Made by a program: the position numbers and the translations under genes
Shown: positions 36,411-42,876 of the stretch, in pieces
Numbering within the stretch: position 1 is the first letter of the stretch
Layout: each line of letters starts with the position of its first letter
The notes under the pieces: model-generated
What the model was told of the DNA's origin: nothing
The model's database searches: none
What the model saw: only the letters and a program-made list of their open reading frames with translations
From: a virus
Taxonomy: Duplodnaviria; Heunggongvirae; Uroviricota; Caudoviricetes
Reading direction: 5' to 3' (one strand)
Length of the DNA stretch: 42,876 nucleotides
Virus record (IMG/VR): IMGVR_UViG_2541047698_000015

Positions 36411-36767
36411 GTGGGCGAAGTCAAACATCAGAATGGAAGGCATCCCGGGATCGGCAAAGAAGCAGCAATGGCGCTTTATATTGACATCAGCGCCATTGCC
36501 GGACAGGTAAGAATTATCAGAGCGGTAACTAAGCGGTATGCGCCTTTACTTCAGAAAGTCTCTGGTGAGTGCACCGAAGATATTGTCAACGATTTCGTCA
36601 TCGAACTGCGAGGACTCATCTTCAGTTACAAGGTGACCACAATTTTTGCAGATGGCTCCCGCGAAACTGTCAGAGCCCTGCGGCTTAAAGGATGTGTCAA
36701 AGACTTCGCCACCACATTCTGGGCAAGAAAACTTGATTGTACTCATAACCAATTTCCTCTCGAGTAA
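36411..36767 (+). CDS. possible hypothetical protein (GTG start, 118 aa) on the immunity-operon strand
   Basis: Track ORF with GAGGA SD; antisense to a zinc-ribbon ORF, so only one of the two is likely real. Confidence 0.3.
   Translation: MGEVKHQNGRHPGIGKEAAMALYIDISAIAGQVRIIRAVTKRYAPLLQKVSGECTEDIVNDFVIELRGLIFSYKVTTIFADGSRETVRALRLKGCVKDFATTFWARKLDCTHNQFPLE
36546..36746 (-). CDS. possible small zinc-ribbon protein (CPECGG...CKNCGH)
   Basis: Two CxxC pairs at zinc-ribbon spacing; AGGAAA SD before internal ATG; antisense to the 36411..36767 ORF. Confidence 0.35.
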   Translation of the reverse strand: MSTIKFSCPECGGEVFDTSFKPQGSDSFAGAICKNCGHLVTEDESSQFDDEIVDNIFGALTRDFLK

Positions 36768-36838
36768 CAGACCCCTCAGAGGATACCACCTCGCCTGACG
36801 TGGTTAAAAGCAGGCAACGCTAACCACAAGGAGCCGAC

Positions 36839-37057
36839 ATGCAGAAACGAGAACCTGTCATCATCGCGCCAGACTATACCGATGATGAACTTTATGAGTG
36901 GATGCGCCAGAAAATTAATGCAGCGCAGGATCTGAAATGGGCCAATGAAGCCAGGGCTAAGCAGGCTGAAAATCTGTCCGCTCTGGAGCAGGATATCACC
37001 AGGCTGGAAAAAGCAGCGGCATTAAGCATTGCCAGAATGATTACATACCAGCGTTAA
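36839..37057 (+). CDS. small coiled-coil protein (YdfC-like, 72 aa)
   Basis: MQKREPVIIAPDYTDDELYEWMRQKINAAQDL...; strong SD (AAGGAG); same size and position as ydfC in Qin. Confidence 0.55.
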   Translation: MQKREPVIIAPDYTDDELYEWMRQKINAAQDLKWANEARAKQAENLSALEQDITRLEKAAALSIARMITYQR

Positions 37058-37379
37058 TAGCTAACCAACGAAGCTAAGGTTGGTAATTAAGGAGTTCTCC
37101 ACGGGTGAGGTGGAGTGCGTGCGCCGGACACGGGTGAGCATCCGGCACTGACAGTTTACTGAAAGGATATTTCCATGAAAAGTCAGACCATAACGCGAAA
37201 GTACACGGAGAAGCTCGTCTCTCTGTACTTTGTCGTTAAATTTAATTCGACCGTGCGCTTCCGGTTGTGGCAATCCGCGAAATGGCGCGGCGGTAAGTAT
37301 GGCGGGGTTATTCCTTCCCCTTGAGGACACCGGGTTGTCAGGCTGACCATACGCTTAAGTGACAGCCCCGCCACAATAT

Positions 37380-37438
37380 CCATGTGTAGTCTTTGGTGGC
37401 ATCAGTTCTACTCCGTGACTGCTCTGCCGCCCTTTTTA
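37380..37438 (+). ncRNA. dicF: DicF-like small RNA (ftsZ-targeting sRNA family) with terminator-like 3' end
   Basis: TCTTTGGTGGCATCAGTTCTACTCCGTGACTGCTCTGCCGCCCTTTTT matches the 3' two-thirds of E. coli DicF as I recall it; 5' seed region differs. Confidence 0.6.
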
Positions 37439-37612
37439 AAGTGAATTTTGTGATGCGGTGAATGCGGCTCAGCGCACGCGGAACAGTTAAAACAAGCGGT
37501 CTTTTACGGGCGTAACGGGAATGCTCTGTATCCGGCGTTAATTGTTAACTGGTTAACGTCACCTGGAGGCACCAGGCACCGCATCACAAAATTCATTGTT
37601 GAGGACGCGATA

Positions 37613-37801
37613 ATGGAAACGTTATTACCAAACGTTAATACGTCTGAAGGTTGTTTTGATATTGGTGTTCTGCTCAGTAACCGGGAGTTTACGGAAGATG
37701 CCATTAAGATGAGAAAATATGAACCTTATCTTCTCAATGATAATTCCATACTTTCCAGAATTGCCCTTCTTGAACTTGGTATTATCGGAGAACAGCAGTG
37801 A
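37613..37801 (+). CDS. dicB: cell-division inhibitor DicB
   Basis: 62 aa, METLLPNVNTSEGCFDIGVLLSNREFTEDAIKMRKYE..., N-terminus as in Qin DicB. Confidence 0.85.
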   Translation: METLLPNVNTSEGCFDIGVLLSNREFTEDAIKMRKYEPYLLNDNSILSRIALLELGIIGEQQ

Positions 37802-37986
37802 CTTCAGCATTTGCGCTGGTGATGACCGTTTTTCTTATAACGGGTGAGCCACAAAATGTGATTACCGGAATTTATGACAGTAAGTCATCCTGCATTCAGG
37901 TAAGGGACGAACAAAAAATCCCCGGTGAATGCCTCCCGTTAAAAAAAGTATCGCTGAACCTGAATAACGAAATACCGGCTGGATAA
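37798..37986 (+). CDS. ydfD: YdfD-like small membrane (lysis-type) protein
   Basis: 62 aa, MTSAFALVMTVFLITGEPQN...EQKIPGECLPLKKVSLNLNNEIPAG, resembles Qin YdfD; ATGA overlap with dicB. Confidence 0.7.
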   Translation: MTSAFALVMTVFLITGEPQNVITGIYDSKSSCIQVRDEQKIPGECLPLKKVSLNLNNEIPAG

Positions 37987-38081
37987 CCCGCCAGCCATAT
38001 TAACGCCATACCAACGGATTAAAAATGCCAGCAATGGCAGGGATTCGTTCACCCTGAAATCTGTAATGAGGTTAAAACACA

Positions 38082-40556
38082 ATGAGTAAAATCTTTATTT
38101 GCGCTGCTATTCCTGACGAACAGGCCATAAAAGAAGATAGCGCTGTTGCGGTGGCCACTGCCATTGAAGCCGGTGATGAACGTCGCGCCCGCGCAAAATT
38201 TCACTGGCAATTCCTGGAACATTATCCGGCTGCTCAGGACTGCGCTTATAAATTTCTTGTTTGCGAGGATAAACCCGGTATACCCCGCCCTGCCCTCGAT
38301 TCCTGGGATGCTGAATATATGCAGGAAAACCGCTGGGATGAGGAATCCGCTTCCTTTATTCCGGTCGAACCAGAATCCGATCCGATGAACGTCAATTTTG
38401 ACAAGCTGTCCCTTGAAGTACAGAACGCGGTCCTGGTTAAGTTCGGTACATGTGAAAACATCACCGTTGATATGGCGATTGACGCGCAGGAATTACTGCA
38501 GGAAGACGTTGCTACCTTTGACGGGCATATCGTTGAAGCACTGATGAAAACGCCTGAAATTAACGCTATGTATCCGGAACGCAAACTGTTCGCTATCGGA
38601 TGGGTTAAACACAAATGTAATCCGGGTGCCAAATGGCCAGAAATTCAGGCTGAATTACGTAACTGGAAAAAACGGCAGGACGCAGAGCGCAAAGAGACTG
38701 GAAAATACACGTCTGTTGTTGATCTCGCCCGCGCCAGAGTCAATCAACAGCACACTGAAAACTCAGCAGGAAAAATCAACCCAGTCACTGCCGCCATTTG
38801 TCGCGAATACAAGCAGACATGGAAAACGCTGGATGAAGAACTGGCCTACGCTCTCTGGCCTGGCGATATTGATACCGGAAACATTGACGGCAGCATCCAT
38901 CGCTGGGCAAAAAATGAAGTTATCGACAAAGATCGCGAAGACTGGAAGCGCATTTCCGCATCAATGCGCAAACAACCCGATGCCGTTCGCTACGACCGTC
39001 AGACTATTTTTGGCCTTGTCCGTGAGCGTCCGATCGACATTCACAAAGATCCCGTAGCACTGAACAAATACATCACTGAATACCTGACTACCAAGGGCGT
39101 GTTTGAAGATGACGAAGGAACAAATCAGGGCACAGCTGGTACTCTCCCGTCACCAGTACCAGAAACTGATGCAGTGGAAACGGCAATGCCGGACAACGAA
39201 AAAACCGAATGCGAAGTGGAAGACGAACCATCTGTAGAGCGTGAGGGACCGTTCTACTTCCTTTTCACCGATAAGGACGGCGAAAAATACGGTCGCGCAA
39301 ACAAACTTTCTGGTCTGGAAAAAGCACTGGCCCTGGGAGCTACGGAAATCACAAAAGAGGAATACTTCGCACGTAAAAACGGCACGTACTCAGGTTCACA
39401 ACAAAATACTGGTGCATCTGACACGATCGCACAACCAGAGCCGGTAAAAGTTACCGCTGACGAAGTAAACAAAATTATGCAGGCAGCCAATATCAGCCAG
39501 CCTGACGCCAATAAGTTGCTTGCTGTATCACGTGGTGAATTTGTTGCAGGGATTAGCGCCCCGAATGATCCGAAATGGGTGAAGGGGATTGAAACCCGCG
39601 ATTCAGTGAATCAGAACCAGCAAGAAACGGAACAGAACGGCCAGAAAGCGGAACAAAACAGCCCAAATGCGTTACAAAACGAGCCAGAAACGAAACATCC
39701 TGAACCAGTGGCGCAACAGGAAGTGGAAAAAGTCTGCACCGCCTGCGGTCAGACCGGCGGCGGCAACTACCCTGATTGTGGCGCGGTGATGGGCGACGCA
39801 ACATACCAGGAAACATTCGATGAAGAGTATCAGGTTGAAGTTCAGGAAGATGATCCGGAGGAAATGGAAGGCGCTGAACATCCACACAAGGAGAACACTG
39901 GCGGCAATCAGCATCACGATAGCGATAATGAAACTGGCGAGACGGCAGATCACTCAATTAAGGTGAACGGTCATCAAGAAATCACATCCACCAGCAGGAC
40001 GTGTGACCATCTAATGATCGACCTTGAAACCATGGGAAAAAATCCTGATGCCCCGATCATCTCAATAGGTGCAATATTTTTCGATCCGCAAACCGGAGAT
40101 ATGGGACCGGAATTTAGTAAGACTATCGATCTGGAAACTGCTGGCGGAGTCATTGATCGGGACACCATTAAATGGTGGCTTAAGCAATCACGCGAAGCGC
40201 AATCTGCCATTATGACCGATGAAATCCCGTTAGATGATGCACTGTTACAATTGCGGGAATTTATCGACGAAAACTCCGGTGAATTTTTTGTTCAGGTCTG
40301 GGGAAATGGAGCCAACTTCGACAACACGATTTTGCGCCGTTCATACGAACGGCAGGGGATCCCCTGCCCGTGGCGTTACTACAACGATCGCGATGTACGC
40401 ACAATCGTTGAGCTGGGGAAGGCCATAGACTTCGATGCCAGAACGGCTATTCCATTCGAAGGTGAGCGCCATAATGCACTTGATGACGCCCGTTACCAGG
40501 CAAAATACGTTTCAGCTATCTGGCAAAAACTGATCCCGAGTCAGGCTGATTTTTAA
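38082..40556 (+). CDS. 824-aa RecE-N-like / YdfE-like protein with C-terminal DEDDh (DnaQ-like) 3'-5' exonuclease domain
   Basis: N-terminus MSKIFICAAIPDEQAIKEDSAVAVA... as in Qin ydfE; central LLAVSRGEFVAGISAPNDPKWVKGIETRD resembles the Rac RecE N-region; C-terminus has Exo I (MIDLETMG), Exo II (VWGNGANFD) and Exo III (HNALDDARY) motifs. Confidence 0.8.
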   Translation: MSKIFICAAIPDEQAIKEDSAVAVATAIEAGDERRARAKFHWQFLEHYPAAQDCAYKFLVCEDKPGIPRPALDSWDAEYMQENRWDEESASFIPVEPESDPMNVNFDKLSLEVQNAVLVKFGTCENITVDMAIDAQELLQEDVATFDGHIVEALMKTPEINAMYPERKLFAIGWVKHKCNPGAKWPEIQAELRNWKKRQDAERKETGKYTSVVDLARARVNQQHTENSAGKINPVTAAICREYKQTWKTLDEELAYALWPGDIDTGNIDGSIHRWAKNEVIDKDREDWKRISASMRKQPDAVRYDRQTIFGLVRERPIDIHKDPVALNKYITEYLTTKGVFEDDEGTNQGTAGTLPSPVPETDAVETAMPDNEKTECEVEDEPSVEREGPFYFLFTDKDGEKYGRANKLSGLEKALALGATEITKEEYFARKNGTYSGSQQNTGASDTIAQPEPVKVTADEVNKIMQAANISQPDANKLLAVSRGEFVAGISAPNDPKWVKGIETRDSVNQNQQETEQNGQKAEQNSPNALQNEPETKHPEPVAQQEVEKVCTACGQTGGGNYPDCGAVMGDATYQETFDEEYQVEVQEDDPEEMEGAEHPHKENTGGNQHHDSDNETGETADHSIKVNGHQEITSTSRTCDHLMIDLETMGKNPDAPIISIGAIFFDPQTGDMGPEFSKTIDLETAGGVIDRDTIKWWLKQSREAQSAIMTDEIPLDDALLQLREFIDENSGEFFVQVWGNGANFDNTILRRSYERQGIPCPWRYYNDRDVRTIVELGKAIDFDARTAIPFEGERHNALDDARYQAKYVSAIWQKLIPSQADF

Positions 40557-40614
40557 TGTTCAACCCTAATTGCCGCTAACCGTATATAGTTAGCGGCGGT
40601 TATGAGATATAGCT

Positions 40615-40818
40615 ATGAGTAGCTTATTTTTAACCGAAGATGAATTGCTAATATTAACGGGCTGCAAATATGCAAGCCACCAGCGAAAATGGTTAACGGA
40701 AAACGGGCTTCCGTTCTATACCAATCGTAGTGGCAAACCGATTGTCAGCCGGGATCTATTTACCTGCAATAAAACTTTACCACCACGCGAGGTAGAGCCG
40801 AATTTTGGTGCAATCTGA
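40615..40818 (+). CDS. xis: excisionase (Xis-like small DNA-binding protein)
   Basis: 67 aa directly upstream of int with TGATG stop/start overlap; sequence unlike lambda Xis, call is positional. Confidence 0.65.
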   Translation: MSSLFLTEDELLILTGCKYASHQRKWLTENGLPFYTNRSGKPIVSRDLFTCNKTLPPREVEPNFGAI

Positions 40819-41843
40819 TGGGAAGACGAAGGAAAAATCCTGAACACGAAAAACTACCTCCAAATGTATATCCAAATAAATATAGTTATGTATGGAAACC
40901 AACATCCAGAGAATCTGTCACACTAACCGCCATCAAGGATGGTTTAGCTGCTTTATGGAAAAGGTATGAGGAAACTGTAAATAATCGCGATCGCGCAATG
41001 ACATTCGGTCGCTTGTGGGAAAAATTCCTCGCCAGCGCCTATTACAGTGACCTCAGTCCAAGAACACAAAAAGATTATCTGCAACATCAAAAAAAGTTGC
41101 TTGCCGTATTCGGTAAGGTGCCGGCAGATTCCATAAAACCAGAACACATCCGTCGATACATGGACCAGAGAGGGGGGCAGAGTAAAACGCAAGCCAACCA
41201 TGAAAAAAGCAGTATGTCCCGCGTTTACAGTTGGGGATATGAGCGAGGGTACGTGAAGGCTAACCCATGTGCAGGTGTAAGTAAATTCAAGGCCAAAAAC
41301 CGCGAACGATATGTAACCGACAAAGAATACCAGGCAGTATTAAGCGTTGCACCTCTTCCTGTTTTTATCGCAATGGAAATTGCCTATCTGTGTGCAGCGA
41401 GGGTTTCCGATGTGTTATCGCTGAAATGGGAGCAGATTGGAAACGACGGGATCTTTATCCAGCAAGGGAAAACAGGGAAAAAACAGATAAAAGCATGGAG
41501 TCCACGATTACAGGCGGCGATCGAAAAAGCAAAACAGTTACCAACATCCGCCTATGTAATCAGCAATCAATACGGCAACCGATATATGTACAAAGGCTTT
41601 AACGAAATGTGGGTAGAAGCAAGAAATCGCGCAGGCAAAATTTCAGGTATTTTAACCGACTTCACCTTTCATGATCTGAAGGCGAAAGGAATTTCAGACT
41701 ATGAAGGAAGCAGCCGGGATAAGCAACTTTTCTCTGGTCACAAAACCGAGGGGCAAGTGCTAATCTATGACAGGAAGGTTAAAGTTTCACCGACACTTGA
41801 TGTCCCGTTACCTGAAAATATTCCAAGAAAATATTCCAAGTAA
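40818..41843 (+). CDS. int: tyrosine-type site-specific integrase
   Basis: 341 aa with C-terminal catalytic region (…HDLKAKGISDY…GHKTEGQVLIYDRK); adjacent to the tRNA-Ser 3' end. Confidence 0.9.
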   Translation: MGRRRKNPEHEKLPPNVYPNKYSYVWKPTSRESVTLTAIKDGLAALWKRYEETVNNRDRAMTFGRLWEKFLASAYYSDLSPRTQKDYLQHQKKLLAVFGKVPADSIKPEHIRRYMDQRGGQSKTQANHEKSSMSRVYSWGYERGYVKANPCAGVSKFKAKNRERYVTDKEYQAVLSVAPLPVFIAMEIAYLCAARVSDVLSLKWEQIGNDGIFIQQGKTGKKQIKAWSPRLQAAIEKAKQLPTSAYVISNQYGNRYMYKGFNEMWVEARNRAGKISGILTDFTFHDLKAKGISDYEGSSRDKQLFSGHKTEGQVLIYDRKVKVSPTLDVPLPENIPRKYSK

Positions 41844-41895
41844 TTCCAAGTGTGATTTTTGTCACTGACTTAATGATGTGTAAGTGATTGAATTT

Positions 41896-41985
41896 TGGCG
41901 GAGAGAGGGGGATTTGAACCCCCGGTGGAGTTGCCCCCACTCCGGTTTTCGAGACCGGTCCGTTCAGCCGCTCCGGCATCTCTCC
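41896..41985 (-). tRNA. serU: tRNA-Ser (anticodon CGA), serU-like; integration target
   Basis: Minus strand reads GGAGAGATGCCGGAGCGGCTGAACGGACCGGTCTCGAAAACCGGAGTGGGGGCAACTCCACCGGGGGTTCAAATCCCCCTCTCTCCGCCA (90 nt, long variable arm, CCA encoded). Confidence 0.9.
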
Positions 41986-42078
41986 GTTCAGATGGTTGCC
42001 ATGATGTCAGGAAATTTGGCATTTTAACAGTCCCTGTCCGTGCAATTTTGTTCAAGTGACGAGTTTGCGAGCAAAACG

Positions 42079-42876
42079 ATGATTAAGTGGCCCTGGAAAG
42101 TACAAGAATCAGCACATCAAACTGCCCTTCCCTGGCAGGAAGCACTATCGATCCCCCTTTTAACGGGTCTGACGGAACAGGAACAAAGCAAATTAGTCAC
42201 TCTTGCCGAACGTTTTTTACAGCAAAAGCGGCTTGTTCCTTTACAGGGCTTTGAACTGGATTCATTAAGAAGCTGCCGGATAGCACTTCTATTTTGCCTA
42301 CCCGTTCTGGAGTTAGGACTGGAATGGCTGGATGGTTTTCATGAAGTCTTAATTTATCCTGCGCCATTTGTGGTCGATGATGAATGGGAAGACGATATCG
42401 GTCTGGTGCATAACCAACGTATTGTTCAGTCAGGTCAGAGCTGGCAGCAAGGGCCTATCGTTTTGAACTGGTTGGATATACAAGATTCTTTTGATGCATC
42501 TGGTTTTAACCTGATTATTCATGAAGTCGCTCATAAGCTGGACACCCGTAACGGCGATCGCGCCAGCGGAGTTCCCTTTATTTCGTTGCGTGAGGTTGCT
42601 GGCTGGGAACACGATCTTCATGCTGCAATGAACAACATTCAGGAAGAAATCGAATTAGTTGGTGAGAATGCGGCGAGCATTGATGCTTATGCTGCCAGTG
42701 ATCCTGCTGAATGTTTTGCCGTACTTTCTGAATATTTCTTTAGCGCCCCAGAACTTTTTGCTCCTCGTTTCCCTTCATTGTGGCAACGTTTCTGTCAATT
42801 TTATCAACAAGATCCTTTGCAGAGACTGCATCACGCTAATGATACAGACTCGTTTTCGGCGACGAATGTTCATTAA
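42079..42876 (+). CDS. mtfA: MtfA (Mlc titration factor A, zinc-dependent peptidase); host gene
   Basis: Internal ATG of track ORF gives [23 protein letters not shown]... (265 aa) with HEVAH zinc motif; adjacent to serU as in E. coli. Confidence 0.85.
   Translation: MIKWPWKVQESAHQTALPWQEALSIPLLTGLTEQEQSKLVTLAERFLQQKRLVPLQGFELDSLRSCRIALLFCLPVLELGLEWLDGFHEVLIYPAPFVVDDEWEDDIGLVHNQRIVQSGQSWQQGPIVLNWLDIQDSFDASGFNLIIHEVAHKLDTRNGDRASGVPFISLREVAGWEHDLHAAMNNIQEEIELVGENAASIDAYAASDPAECFAVLSEYFFSAPELFAPRFPSLWQRFCQFYQQDPLQRLHHANDTDSFSATNVH

Noticed and set aside
36302-36484. ORF 36302..36484 (+, 60 aa, TTG start)
   Set aside because: Its start codon is the -35 hexamer of the promoter downstream of dicA; unlikely to be translated.
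37061-37383. Minus ORFs 37061..37330 and 37183..37383
   Set aside because: Antisense to the plus-strand immunity operon just upstream of DicF; no RBS; Arg-rich translations.
38146-40428. ORFs nested in or antisense to the 824-aa exonuclease gene (38146..38388, 38246..38632, 38626..39057, 39254..39511, 39553..39957, 39672..39953, 39974..40210, 40234..40428)
   Set aside because: The 824-aa frame is continuous with recognisable domains at both ends; these are frame artefacts.
41779-42055. Minus ORFs 41779..41979 and 41870..42055 overlapping tRNA-Ser
   Set aside because: They overlap a canonical tRNA gene and the int 3' end; the tRNA explains the sequence.
1-42876. CRISPR arrays, IS elements or transposases
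   Set aside because: No regularly spaced direct repeats and no transposase-like ORF were seen; the only internal repeats are the in-frame repeats in gene C and the operator-like palindromes.

Overview
Almost the whole window is one lambda-like prophage, integrated at tRNA-Ser(CGA) beside host mtfA (right edge). No single locus can be confidently named as a new system from sequence alone; the best candidates are uncharacterised cargo genes at five insertion points in an otherwise conserved backbone. All late and pR-side genes are on the minus strand; the immunity/left-operon genes are on the plus strand. Order from right to left: mtfA, tRNA-Ser, int, xis, an 824-aa RecE-N-like protein with a DEDDh exonuclease domain, ydfD/dicB/DicF-like division-inhibitor module, DicA-like repressor and divergent DicC/Cro-like gene, O-like and P-like replication genes, nin-like region (DUF4406, Ea22-like, small proteins), hok type I toxin, DUF968/HNH (YdfU-like), RusA, Q-like antiterminator, pR'/tR', two phage tRNAs, nanS-p-like esterase, lysis cassette (holin, endolysin, Rz/Rz1), cos, and a near-complete lambda-type morphogenesis module (Nu1 through J, with J truncated at the left edge). 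The cargo candidates are: a 297-aa gene between holin and endolysin; two unrelated genes in the slot where Stx phages carry stx; a secreted Cys-containing peptide pair next to cos; a TonB-C-like lipoprotein; and a promoter-plus-terminator unit between I and J that looks like a small RNA. Product calls come from my reading of the six-frame translations against remembered lambda and Qin/Rac protein sequences; no database search was run. CDS coordinates follow the ORF track, with starts adjusted where noted; coordinates of non-CDS features and of small ORFs absent from the track were counted by hand and may be off by 1-2 nt.
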